A DNA stretch of 64,000 bases, from contig CAZIDX010000007.1 in the NCBI GenBank assembly GCA_964538435.1, positions 4,399 through 68,398 on the forward strand. Reading direction: 5' to 3'. Positions within the stretch are counted from its first letter, which is position 1; every line of letters starts with the position of its first letter. The position numbers were made by a program, and so were the translations under genes. Below are positions 47,525 to 57,091 of this stretch, in pieces. Source of the DNA: an uncultured Gammaproteobacteria bacterium. GTDB taxonomy: Bacteria > Patescibacteriota > Patescibacteriia > UBA9934 > GWF2-40-263. The notes below the pieces were generated by a model that was not told the DNA's origin, ran no database searches, and saw nothing but the letters and a program-made list of their open reading frames with translations.

Positions 47525-49672
47525 ATGTATCACAAGATTCACCATACCATTGTTACGCTCGTTTTTCTAGCGTTTTTTGTGGGAAACACCTTTGCGTTGC
47601 AGAGCACTTCGCTGGGCCTTATTCTTCTCATATTCTACCTACTTTTCTTCGGTTGGGAGCTGGGCGGACTCATCACCACTTCTGAGAAAGCTATCCTGCG
47701 CTGGTGGCTTGGTGTGTGGCTTCTTCTCTCTCTGATCATGATCATTGGGAGTGCTGCGTACTACACAACATTTTTAACAGCAGAGGTTGTGTATGTGATT
47801 GTGCTTCTTACGCCTCCGATCGTGCTCTGGGCAGCCACTCGGCACAAACACAAGCCACTGATGCTTCATGCGCATGATCTGTGGAAAGAGAAGAGGCATC
47901 GCATCCCGGGTGTTGTGTTTTTGCTTGCAGCGCTGTTTCTTGTTTTGCTCTCAATGTATTTTAGTGTTCTAGGTGACCACCTTGTTACAGATTCTGTGCG
48001 CTCAGTTTGGGAGCGTGTTCCTGGAGGAGTGTTTCAGCTCTTTGCTCTTGCTTCCCTTGTGCTGTTTGCGCTTCTTCTTCGCGGAAAAGAACGTGCACTC
48101 ACCATCTTGCTCTACGGAGGGATACTTTTTGCTGCTGTGTCTGTTGTTGCCATTGTCTTCCCTCTTGGATTCGGGTTTGACTCGTTTATTCACAAAGCCA
48201 CAGAGTCACATCTAGCTGAGTTTGGAACCATCAGTCCAAAACCGTTTTACTATATTGGACAATACGCCCTGGTGTTATTTGCTCACCACGGTTTTTTACT
48301 TCCTGTTGGCCTTGTTGATACGTATCTTCTCCCAACGCTCATTGCACTGCTGCTCCCATCTGCTTGGTACTTTGCTGCGGCGCATATCACCCGGAAGAAA
48401 TCTGTGGCTATGGCAACGCTCCCAGGTGTTTTCCTGCTCCCGCTTTCAGGATTCATTGTCACAACACCGCAGGGACTTGCAAATCTTTGGACACTCCTGA
48501 TTGTTTTGGCTTCTGTGCCTTTCTTGCTTGAAAAGGAGCATCCGCGCTTGCTTGTGCTTGGACTTACAGCTGTGGCAACGCTACTTATCCATCCGATTGC
48601 CGGGATCCCGGTCATGCTCTACCTTGCCCTGCTTTTCTCTGACCCATCGCGCATTGATCCGCGCACACCAGTGCTGAATCGCATCTTACGCATCATTTTA
48701 ATTGCGTTTGCGTCTGTTGTTCTTCCACTGAGTTTTCTTGTAAATGCACTTATTAGCGGCCAGTCGCTTGGCATTGATTGGGCCGCGCTCAATCCTCTCA
48801 CCTGGCTTGGGGAGCTGAACATTAGCGTGTTCTTTGAGAATCGCTTTGAGCCGCTTCTAGATCTTGTTTATCTCTACGGACTCAATGCAACCTTGATTGT
48901 GTTTGCGATTGCTGGCATGGCTTGGGTGATGTATCGCAAAGAACTTTCAACGCGGTTCCGTGTGCTTGTTGTAATGACGCTTGTGCTTGCGATCAATTAT
49001 CTCATCATGAGCACAACACTTGAGTTCACGTTCCTTATCGATTACGAGCGCTCAAACTATGCTGCGCGCCTGGTTCCGCTCATGGTACTGTTCCTCTCTC
49101 CTCTTTTGATCCTTGGCCTCTCTCACCTGCTCATCAACCTTAAGTCTCGACCACTTGTGCTGCGTACGTGTGCGCTTGTGTTGTTTGTTGCGATTGCTAC
49201 GAGCACGGTGTATATGTCTTACCCTCGACGCGATGCGTATGACACAAGCCGTGGGTTTAATGTTGGGCAGTCAGATATTGATGCGGTCTATCTCATTGAG
49301 ACGCTTGCAGGCGAGGAAGAGTATGCCGCACTAGCAAATCAATCTGTGTCTGCGGCTGCGATTAGTGAGATTGGCTTTCGCTACTACAACGATTTCTTCT
49401 TTTATCCGATCCCGACTGGTGGGGCGATGTACGAATACTTCTTGGACATGAACGAAATGCCAACGCGAGAGAAGGCCCAGGAGGCGCTTGCACTCATCGA
49501 TGATCCGGATGTTGAGACCATGTTTTATGTGGTGAACAACTATTGGTGGGAGGCACCGCGGATCATTGAAACAGCAAAGTCGAATGCGGATGATTGGCGG
49601 TCTGTGGGCGACGAGGGGCAGGTGTATATTTTCAAGTACGAGTTTGGTGAGAGCACAGTCGAGATGGAATAG
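47525..49672 (+). CDS. Large polytopic membrane protein (possible GT-C fold)
   Basis: 715 aa, many TM helices, GFDSFIH loop. Confidence 0.7.
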   Translation: MYHKIHHTIVTLVFLAFFVGNTFALQSTSLGLILLIFYLLFFGWELGGLITTSEKAILRWWLGVWLLLSLIMIIGSAAYYTTFLTAEVVYVIVLLTPPIVLWAATRHKHKPLMLHAHDLWKEKRHRIPGVVFLLAALFLVLLSMYFSVLGDHLVTDSVRSVWERVPGGVFQLFALASLVLFALLLRGKERALTILLYGGILFAAVSVVAIVFPLGFGFDSFIHKATESHLAEFGTISPKPFYYIGQYALVLFAHHGFLLPVGLVDTYLLPTLIALLLPSAWYFAAAHITRKKSVAMATLPGVFLLPLSGFIVTTPQGLANLWTLLIVLASVPFLLEKEHPRLLVLGLTAVATLLIHPIAGIPVMLYLALLFSDPSRIDPRTPVLNRILRIILIAFASVVLPLSFLVNALISGQSLGIDWAALNPLTWLGELNISVFFENRFEPLLDLVYLYGLNATLIVFAIAGMAWVMYRKELSTRFRVLVVMTLVLAINYLIMSTTLEFTFLIDYERSNYAARLVPLMVLFLSPLLILGLSHLLINLKSRPLVLRTCALVLFVAIATSTVYMSYPRRDAYDTSRGFNVGQSDIDAVYLIETLAGEEEYAALANQSVSAAAISEIGFRYYNDFFFYPIPTGGAMYEYFLDMNEMPTREKAQEALALIDDPDVETMFYVVNNYWWEAPRIIETAKSNADDWRSVGDEGQVYIFKYEFGESTVEME

Positions 49673-49678
49673 TCATCA

Positions 49679-49721
49679 AAACACCTCATTTCCTTGAGAA
49701 AGAGGTGTTTTTGTATTGACA
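49679..49721 (+). repeat. 43-bp hairpin + -35 element, copy 1
   Basis: aaacacctcatttccttgagaaagaggtgtttttgtattgaca; 42/43 identical to 50971-51013. The -10 TAGGTT is at 49739-49744. Confidence 0.85.
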
Positions 49722-49860
49722 CAACTTGGCACAAATGCTAGGTTTCATTGTCGATTCATTTCGAAAGCCCCTCAGGGGGCGCCCTGGATCTTCACGAGGA
49801 AGTGAAAGGCTTCCCTGGTATCTCTCAGGAGATGCTGCTTCAGATGATACGGAGACAGAC

Positions 49861-50913
49861 ATGTCCCCCAAAGTTCCTGAAGAACTGTCCGCTGAGCAGC
49901 AGCTCGCGATCCTTCGCGACTGGCTCATGAACCACAACCAGGCGTTCGGACATATGCGCGGCAAGCTCGGTGGATCCACCATGGATCTACTCGGCAGGCT
50001 GCTCGAGACCCGTTCGCCCTCTGCCGCTCTGGAGGCGTACAACGCTCTGGTCAGCGACATGCGCATTATGTTCAAGCACCTGGCCAAGCTACGCCGGGAT
50101 GGCCACACCGTAGCCGAAGCTGAGCTGATGCGCGCCCTGACCCAGCCGGGCTACCTGATCACGGGTGAGACTGTCCCTCTGGAGAGCACAGCACCTTACA
50201 CACTGTTCATGATCGACCCAGAGCTCACCTTCGCAACCGCGAAGTTCCTGGAAGACTGGAAAAACGTGTACCTGAACCAGTGTCCTCGTGTCCGGTGTCG
50301 GGCAGTCGTCGAGCCAGAGTTCGCTTTGGATCGCTACGGCAACCTCATCTGGGAGGTCTACCTGCGTGAGATGCGGGAAAACTATTACGACCGAATCGGT
50401 TTCCTCAACGACGACTTGCAGCGAGCTCAAACGCTCGTGTCGTATGTTCTGGAGACCTTCGGGCGAAGGCTCGAAATCTCAACCAAGCGCGTCGGCACCA
50501 AGACAACAGACTTTATCCCCATGGGGTGGAGAACGAGACAAGCCCCTCGAACCAGAGCCCAGCTCACAGCTAATCACCGGGTAGTCAACATGCTCTCCTG
50601 CGTGTTTGGAAAGCCACTGGAGCAGGGACAGGTGTTGAGTGCGTTCCCACGTGCTGAGCAGCACCGTGTGGCAACCTGGCAGTTCCACGCACCTGCAGCC
50701 ATGAACCTGAGTAGCCCCAGACGTACCTTCTACGTCGGCTTCCACCCCCGGGCGGAGCACGAGAAGTGGCAGCGTGCACGACCGCAGCTCACCAGTCGCG
50801 GCACAGCCAACGGCTGGGGTGCGATCATCATCCCCAGATCCATGCTCGACATGTACGACCGTGAAGGGCACTTCCTTTTCCACAACCGCAACCTGGATTT
50901 CCCTGAATCCTAG
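49861..50913 (+). CDS. Hypothetical protein (GC-rich orphan unit)
   Basis: GGAG before ATG 49861; G/C-biased codons. The track ORF starts at 49726, inside the promoter. Confidence 0.7.
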   Translation: MSPKVPEELSAEQQLAILRDWLMNHNQAFGHMRGKLGGSTMDLLGRLLETRSPSAALEAYNALVSDMRIMFKHLAKLRRDGHTVAEAELMRALTQPGYLITGETVPLESTAPYTLFMIDPELTFATAKFLEDWKNVYLNQCPRVRCRAVVEPEFALDRYGNLIWEVYLREMRENYYDRIGFLNDDLQRAQTLVSYVLETFGRRLEISTKRVGTKTTDFIPMGWRTRQAPRTRAQLTANHRVVNMLSCVFGKPLEQGQVLSAFPRAEQHRVATWQFHAPAAMNLSSPRRTFYVGFHPRAEHEKWQRARPQLTSRGTANGWGAIIIPRSMLDMYDREGHFLFHNRNLDFPES

Positions 50914-50920
50914 ATTGCAC

Positions 50921-50965
50921 CACGAACGCCCCTGTTGGTTCACACCGGCCGGGGCGCTTTCTATT
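50921..50965 (+). terminator. Terminator family ACGCCCC...CACCGGCCGGGGCG, copy 1
   Basis: Closely related to 51573-51616. Confidence 0.65.
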
Positions 50966-50970
50966 TCTAG

Positions 50971-51013
50971 AAACACCTCGTTTCCTTGAGAAAGAGGTGT
51001 TTTTGTATTGACA
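50971..51013 (+). repeat. 43-bp hairpin + -35 element, copy 2
   Basis: aaacacctcgtttccttgagaaagaggtgtttttgtattgaca; the -10 TAAGGT is at 51030-51035. Confidence 0.85.
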
Positions 51014-51103
51014 AATCCTTAAAAAGGTGTAAGGTGGCTTCTTGTCGAATACCCCCCTACGGTAGGGAAAGCCGAATAGAATGTAGAGATGCTAGGACGA
51101 GTT

Positions 51104-51562
51104 ATGATCACCCTCAAAGTGACCATTGGCGACCACCTCGAACAGGTGCTCAGGGTTTCCGACAATGACCCTGACGCCGAGATCTTGATCGACGCAGCGC
51201 TCGACAGCAAGTGCGTCATGACCCTGACGGTCCCGCAAGAGCCCGAGTGCGCTGCTGCTCTTGGTCGTTTGGTGTTTGGCCAGGATCTGCCCACGGACAA
51301 GGTGGTGCTCACGGACAAGATCACGGAGCTGTCCAAGACCACAGACAAACTCGGGCTCAAGACCACGGTTCACACGACCCTGACGCGGACTGACAAGCTC
51401 CGCTACATCTGGCAGGTCGTGGAGAAGAGCGAAGCTGACCTGGTCAAGTACTCGGCGTTTGGTCAGGGATCGTTGAAGGCGGTCAAACAAGCCTTGGCCG
51501 AGCTCGGTCTGCATCTGGGTATGGACCTGTCCGAGATCAAGGACCAGCTTCCTCAGCCCTAG
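51104..51562 (+). CDS. Protein with RNA polymerase alpha C-terminal-domain-like region
   Basis: LGLKTTVHTTL...RYIWQVVEKSEADLVKYSAFGQGSLKAVKQALAELGLHLGM aligns by eye with the alpha-CTD. Alternative start at 51089. Confidence 0.75.
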   Translation: MITLKVTIGDHLEQVLRVSDNDPDAEILIDAALDSKCVMTLTVPQEPECAAALGRLVFGQDLPTDKVVLTDKITELSKTTDKLGLKTTVHTTLTRTDKLRYIWQVVEKSEADLVKYSAFGQGSLKAVKQALAELGLHLGMDLSEIKDQLPQP

Positions 51563-51572
51563 GGCACACAAG

Positions 51573-51616
51573 CACGCGACGCCCCGTCGGTATCACCGGC
51601 CGGGGCGTTTCTTATT
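51573..51616 (+). terminator. Terminator family ACGCCCC...CACCGGCCGGGGCG, copy 2
   Basis: cacgcgacgccccgtcggtatcaccggccggggcgtttcttatt. Confidence 0.65.
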
Positions 51617-51651
51617 TTGAATCAAAAAACCAGCGCATGGCTGGTGTTTTG

Positions 51652-52635
51652 TTACTTGCGGAAAATATTCTCTACAATCTCTTCGAGGGTTACGTCTGCT
51701 ATTGAGATGTCTTTGACTCTGTGTTTTGTTACCAGGTCTTTGATAATGCCTGGTGATTTTTCTGCTGGGATTCTCAGCGATGCGCTAAATGGTGAGTGCT
51801 CGAAGATTTTTCCGTAGCTTTGCAGATCTTTTTTGTACACCCTGTCAAAGAACTCTACCTCGAGATATTTGTGGTCGCTGTACTTTTCTACGATTTCTTT
51901 GAGTGAGCCGTCGTATCCAACCTCGCCCTCGTCGATGATGATGAGGCGCTTGCAGAGGTTTTCGACGTCGTCCATGTTGTGCGACGTTAGGATAATGGTG
52001 GTTCCTTCTTTTTTGTTGTGTTCGCGCAGGAAGTTGCGGATGTTTTTTTGTGAGAGTACGTCTAGGCCGATGGTTGGTTCGTCTAGGAAGAGGACCTTTG
52101 GGTTGTGGAGGAGTGAGGCCAGGAGTTCGCATTTCATTCGCTGTCCGAGTGAGAGCTTGCGGACTTGGATATTTAGAATATCCCCGATCTCCATAAGCTC
52201 TGAGAAGTCTTTGATTCTTTTTCGATAGGTTCTCTCTGGGATGTCGTAGAGTCTTTGAATGAGTTTGAATGACTCGATGGCTGGGAGGGTCATCCAGAGC
52301 TGGAACTTTTGCCCCATTACGATTGAGATTTTCTTTTTGAACTCGTTCTCCCTGTGAATTGGTGTGTGTCCATCGACTGTAATCTCTCCAACGCTTGGTG
52401 TGAGGATTCCTGAGAGCATCTTTAGAGTCGTCGTCTTCCCTGCCCCGTTCTTTCCGATAAAGCCGATGAATTCGCCTGGCTTAATATCAAACGACACGTG
52501 CTTTACAGCCTCTTTTGTGAGTTTCTCTCTGTGAAAGAGCGCTTTGAGCGATCCTCTGAGCCCCTCTGCTTTTTCGTGATACGTAAAAATCTTGCTTACG
52601 TCTTTTACAGAGATGATGGGTGTTGTGTCTGGCAT
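51652..52635 (-). CDS. ABC transporter ATP-binding protein
   Basis: GKNGAGKTT, LSLGQ, FLDEPT and SH. Confidence 0.95.
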   Translation of the reverse strand: MPDTTPIISVKDVSKIFTYHEKAEGLRGSLKALFHREKLTKEAVKHVSFDIKPGEFIGFIGKNGAGKTTTLKMLSGILTPSVGEITVDGHTPIHRENEFKKKISIVMGQKFQLWMTLPAIESFKLIQRLYDIPERTYRKRIKDFSELMEIGDILNIQVRKLSLGQRMKCELLASLLHNPKVLFLDEPTIGLDVLSQKNIRNFLREHNKKEGTTIILTSHNMDDVENLCKRLIIIDEGEVGYDGSLKEIVEKYSDHKYLEVEFFDRVYKKDLQSYGKIFEHSPFSASLRIPAEKSPGIIKDLVTKHRVKDISIADVTLEEIVENIFRK

Positions 52636-52636
52636 A

Positions 52637-53434
52637 TTATCCTTGAGCGCTTTTGTAATGTCTCAGCCCCTTGTTCCAGAAGAGTGATGAGAGAAGATAA
52701 AAAATGAGTGCAAGACCTGCGGCAACAATGACATCCATGTAATCGACATTGCCGAAGAATGCTCTTGCTGGGACTGTGAACATGAATGCGAGCGGGATGA
52801 TGAAAGAGAAAAACATCTTTGCAAATCCTTTGAAGATCGTGATTGGATACTCACCGAGCTTCATGATGCTGTTTCTCAGATACTGCGGGGTTTCAATGAT
52901 GTAGAAGAAGTTGATTGTTCCTAGCATGAGTGTGAATGAGAAGTGCAGGACGAACCCAATGAGCAGGAATGGAATGTAGGTCATCAAGTAAATCGGATCA
53001 GCACTTGTTTGCGCGCCGTAAACAATGAGGAGCACGGCTGCAATAATGGCTGGTGTTGAGAAAATGACATCAATGAAACGATAGCTTAGGTATGCCCTGA
53101 GGTTTACTGGTGTGACAAGCAAGAGATCAAAGCTCCCCTTATCAACCAAGCGCATGATTCGAGTAAATCCACGTGTGTACGTTGCCCAGGATATGCCGTC
53201 GATGAAGAAATAGGTTCCAAGCAGCACATACATGTGACTGATATCCCACCCACCGATGAGTTGCACTTGTCCGTAGATCGCCTGGAAGAATATGATCGTG
53301 ATGGCAATGCGTAGGAGTGTTGCAAACGTAATGATTGAAAACGTAAATACATCACTAGTCCGATCCATGGTCTCTAGCTTGATACAGATGGCGCATAATT
53401 GCAGATGTTTCTTTACGCTCATATCACCCACCAA
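52637..53434 (-). CDS. ABC-2 family permease
   Basis: Six TM helices, GSFDLLLVTP and YP...PA; adjacent to the ATPase. Confidence 0.8.
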   Translation of the reverse strand: MVGDMSVKKHLQLCAICIKLETMDRTSDVFTFSIITFATLLRIAITIIFFQAIYGQVQLIGGWDISHMYVLLGTYFFIDGISWATYTRGFTRIMRLVDKGSFDLLLVTPVNLRAYLSYRFIDVIFSTPAIIAAVLLIVYGAQTSADPIYLMTYIPFLLIGFVLHFSFTLMLGTINFFYIIETPQYLRNSIMKLGEYPITIFKGFAKMFFSFIIPLAFMFTVPARAFFGNVDYMDVIVAAGLALIFYLLSSLFWNKGLRHYKSAQG

Positions 53435-54230
53435 ATGCTTCGTATTTCTTTATTCCACGTTTCCACAGTATCGCGACAAGAATAGCCAAGATGATTGTCC
53501 AGATCGTTTGGATACCAATGCCCATTGCAATCTCAACCCAGCTTAGATTTCCCACGAACGCATCCACGAGAAAAGCTCCGATGTACTTAAATGGCAAGAC
53601 AGTGCCGAGTATTTGAATCCATCCTGGGAGGAATGCGAGTGGAATCAGTGCTCCCGCGAGGAAAAACAGGAAGATCTCTAGAACAAAGGAAAGGATATCT
53701 GAGTAGAGCATCCAGAACTCAATGATTCCAATCAGAACATCGATGAGAAACAGAATGTTGATTGCACCGATCACTGTCACTGCAAGCACGAGATACGAGA
53801 TTGGATTTGTGATGAGCTGGATGTGACTTGAGAACAGCAAAACAAGCACTGCAAGCACGGGCAACCCTAGAACTATCCTAAACAATCTCCGTGAGAGCGA
53901 GCGCCAGTAGTGGTAGGAGAAATAATTCATTGGACGAGTGAGATACTTTGAAAGCTCGCCTTCTCGAATCTCATACGCAACTGGAACGTTTGCGTAGATA
54001 GCTGAAAGGAGGTAGGTGATCAAAATATAGTAGGTCACCATTTCCCTTTTTGAATACCCCATGAGCTCAGCATTTGCTCCATACACATCGTTCCAAAGAT
54101 AGAATGTGCTGATCAAAAAAATTGAAGCAATACCAAATTGCACCAAGCTGCTTACGCGGTACTCAAGTGTCTCTTGCCATGCGCTTTTAAAAAGAAAAGC
54201 GTACATGGCACATCGCTTCTTGATCGTCAT
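53424..54230 (-). CDS. ABC-2 family permease
   Basis: EIREGELSKYLTRP, GALIPLAFLP and YEAFGG. Confidence 0.85.
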   Translation of the reverse strand: MTIKKRCAMYAFLFKSAWQETLEYRVSSLVQFGIASIFLISTFYLWNDVYGANAELMGYSKREMVTYYILITYLLSAIYANVPVAYEIREGELSKYLTRPMNYFSYHYWRSLSRRLFRIVLGLPVLAVLVLLFSSHIQLITNPISYLVLAVTVIGAINILFLIDVLIGIIEFWMLYSDILSFVLEIFLFFLAGALIPLAFLPGWIQILGTVLPFKYIGAFLVDAFVGNLSWVEIAMGIGIQTIWTIILAILVAILWKRGIKKYEAFGG

Positions 54231-54320
54231 GCATCTATTGTACCAAAAAACCGACTAGATTGAACTCATCCTGTTTAGCATTTAGCAGGCACAAAAATGA
54301 AAACTCGCATGTCAGTCTAT

Positions 54321-54441
54321 GGGTGATTTTTGTTCGCACCTACGAAAAAGACTCACCCGGGGAATCATCTTACTTTGACCATTATTCTGAAAGGTGCGTT
54401 GAGGTGTGCAATTCTTTTTCGTAGGTACGAACAAGAATTAC
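54321..54441. repeat. Inverted pair of TTCGTAGGTACGAA-family palindromes
   Basis: Copies at 54321-54358 and 54408-54441. Confidence 0.65.
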
Positions 54442-54647
54442 GTTTGGGTTTGTTTGTGGTGTGTGGGTTGAGAAATAGAGAGAGCAAAAAAGTGAGTACT
54501 TCTATACTCACTTTTTGTCATCAGTTTATCCATCCTCACCCATTTCGCTTTTCCACTTCTTGTATAGTGCTTCGTGATCTCTATAGTAATTCTCTTCAAA
54601 ATTTGGATCTGATTCAAAGACATCTAATTCTGTATCGAGCAACTCTT

Positions 54648-55850
54648 TTATTTGATCTCCTCAATAATCTTTTCAAGCTTGCTCACGTATTCTTTTATTC
54701 CGTAGCGGAGGCCGTGTTCGAAGATGCGTTGTGTTTTTGTCCACCAGACGTCTTTGTCTGTTGCGATTCGTTTCATGGCTTCGACGAGCTCTGGAACTGA
54801 TCCTGGTTCAACGAGAATTCCTGTTTCTCCGTCTTTTATTAGCTCTGGGATGCCTCCGATGCGGGACGCGATTACTGGGACGCCGACTTTGTAGCTTTCG
54901 TAGATGACGGTTGGTGAGTTTTCGTAGCAGAGGGATGGGACGAGGATGGCGTCGCTGGATTTTACGATCTTGAGCAAGTGTTGCATTGAAACAAAACCGT
55001 GGTAGTGCACGCGTGGATCCAGGCTTGCGCGTGCGGTTACGTAGTCTGAGAGCGAGCCGTCTCCTGCGATGTGTAGTTGCACGTCTGTGCCGAGCCCTTC
55101 CATTGCTTCAAATAACTCTACGATGCCTTTGTGCTTTTCAAGTTGCCCTACATACAAAAAGCGTGCTGCGCCTGATACCTGCTTTTCACGTGGAGGGCAG
55201 TCAACAGGCGGTAGTGGATTTGGTAGGACATGTGTTTTTGAGCGCGAAAACATTCCTCGTTTGTTGTAAAACTCTGCGAGGAAGTGCGATGGTGAGATGA
55301 CAGCGTCTGGATTTCCAATTGAGTTCTTTACTCCGTTTTCATACATCTTTCGAAGCGGCCCTACATTGAGCCCACTGTCTTCTTTTCCATGAATGAGCAG
55401 TCCGCTTGGAACGGAAAGCTGTACATCGTGAAGGGTGTGAATGTGCGGGATCCCTTGCTTTTGAATCTCCTTTCCAACAGAAACTCCAAGACCCTTGAGA
55501 TTGTGGGTGATGATCACGTCTGGGTCTTCATCTTGAATGACGCTTCGGATTGCGCGGCGTGCAAATGGACTGTATAGATCGATGAGGTGCCAAAATGCAC
55601 GGATGGGAAATGGGACGTATCTATCATGCTTGATGTAGTAGAGGTTCAGTGGATAGAAACGATACACAGCCTCAAGATGCCTCTCTCGGATGTGAGGGAA
55701 AATACTGTGCAACCCATGATAACCTTCGGTCGTTAACACAAAAACATCATGACCTGCTTCGTAAAGAGCATCGGCCACACGCTGGGCCACAAGTTCTGCT
55801 CCTCCGCGTGCCTGTGGCGGGTAGAGATTTGAAACGATTCCAATTTTCAT
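54648..55850 (-). CDS. Glycosyltransferase family 4
   Basis: YPP...GGAE, HTLHD, GQLEKHKG and PSLCYENSPTVIYE; start MKIGIVS. Confidence 0.9.
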   Translation of the reverse strand: MKIGIVSNLYPPQARGGAELVAQRVADALYEAGHDVFVLTTEGYHGLHSIFPHIRERHLEAVYRFYPLNLYYIKHDRYVPFPIRAFWHLIDLYSPFARRAIRSVIQDEDPDVIITHNLKGLGVSVGKEIQKQGIPHIHTLHDVQLSVPSGLLIHGKEDSGLNVGPLRKMYENGVKNSIGNPDAVISPSHFLAEFYNKRGMFSRSKTHVLPNPLPPVDCPPREKQVSGAARFLYVGQLEKHKGIVELFEAMEGLGTDVQLHIAGDGSLSDYVTARASLDPRVHYHGFVSMQHLLKIVKSSDAILVPSLCYENSPTVIYESYKVGVPVIASRIGGIPELIKDGETGILVEPGSVPELVEAMKRIATDKDVWWTKTQRIFEHGLRYGIKEYVSKLEKIIEEIK

Positions 55851-55851
55851 G

Positions 55852-57021
55852 TTAGTACGTGCGCTTGCTTTGCTGCATGAGCACTGATAAATAGGTTTGC
55901 TCGAGTTTATCAATTAGTGGCTCCCAGTCAAATCTCTGCTCTGCGTGTTTTCGCGCAGAGAGACCGAAACGACTGCGGAGCTCTTCTTGCTCAAGAAGGA
56001 GGGTAATCGCCTCTGCAAGCTCATTTTGATCGTTTGGCGGTACAAGTAGACCGGTATCCCCGTCTCGAACAACCGTCCTGACACCAGGAAGATCTGATGC
56101 AATGGATGGGATTCCTGTTGCGGCTGCTTCGACGGCTACGAGCCCAAATGCCTCTGCTCTCTTTGTTGATGGAAACACATGGAAATCCCCTGCTCTGTAA
56201 TAGCGGGGCAGATCCTCTTCTGACACACTCCCGGCGAATGTTACGCGAGCGCGCATCTGTTTGCTTTCCAGAATCTCTTCAAACTGATGCTTAAGCTCAC
56301 CAGAACCAACAATCATAAGGTGCCAGTCTTTTTCTTTGATGCTTTCAAGAGCCTCAAAAAGCACGGGGAGCCCCTTGAAATAATGTGCCTCGTCTAGTCC
56401 GCCTACAAACACCATCACTGGAGTAGATTCAGAAATATTGTGGCGCGCGCGGATCATTGGTTCTTTACCTGGACAGAAAGACTCAAGATCAACTCCAAAC
56501 GGATGTTCCTCTAGTCGATCGGCAGCCCCATCGATTTTAGCGAGAGCAGATGTGTTTGCGTAATCAAGCGAACTCGACAGGATGCGGTCCACGCGATTTA
56601 CAAGCCATGGGAACAAGAGCCTACGATGCGCACCAAAGACGGCTCCGCGCACTCCACCGGCAACAGCATCCATGTGGTAGGTCATGACAAGCCCCTGGCT
56701 TTGGCGCATGGCCTTGCGCACGATTGTGGGCTCGGCTCCGCCAAAGAATGGGTAGTGCAAATGAACAAGATCGAATCCTGAAAGTCTGCGAAACAAAGAC
56801 GGGAGCACACTGCCGTTTCCGATGGTGAGGATGCTTGGGAGTCTGTGCACATAACGCGGGTCCTCGCTGTCGTCTCCGTCTTTTGAGCGCGTGGTGAACA
56901 CATGTACGTTGTAGCCTCGCTCGCGCAAACGCTCAGTGTATTCAAAAGCCACCTTCCCCATTCCGCCACGATACGGTGGGTAGGTGCATACGACATGTGC
57001 GATTTTTGGTTTCTTGTTCAT
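55852..57021 (-). CDS. Glycosyltransferase family 4
   Basis: YPPYRGGM, HYFKG and EAFGLVAVEA. Confidence 0.9.
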   Translation of the reverse strand: MNKKPKIAHVVCTYPPYRGGMGKVAFEYTERLRERGYNVHVFTTRSKDGDDSEDPRYVHRLPSILTIGNGSVLPSLFRRLSGFDLVHLHYPFFGGAEPTIVRKAMRQSQGLVMTYHMDAVAGGVRGAVFGAHRRLLFPWLVNRVDRILSSSLDYANTSALAKIDGAADRLEEHPFGVDLESFCPGKEPMIRARHNISESTPVMVFVGGLDEAHYFKGLPVLFEALESIKEKDWHLMIVGSGELKHQFEEILESKQMRARVTFAGSVSEEDLPRYYRAGDFHVFPSTKRAEAFGLVAVEAAATGIPSIASDLPGVRTVVRDGDTGLLVPPNDQNELAEAITLLLEQEELRSRFGLSARKHAEQRFDWEPLIDKLEQTYLSVLMQQSKRTY

Positions 57022-57038
57022 GTGTGATTCTTTCTTCT

Positions 57039-57087
57039 CTCCACCTCGTCATCCTGACGACGAGCTTGTGAGGAGGAAGGATCCCAC
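57039..57087. repeat. Inverted copy of the GTCATCCTGA...AGGATCCC REP-like element
   Basis: ctccacctcgtcatcctga...gaaggatcccac; reverse-complement relative of the tandem units at 57398-57563. Confidence 0.7.
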
Positions 57088-57091
57088 TCTT

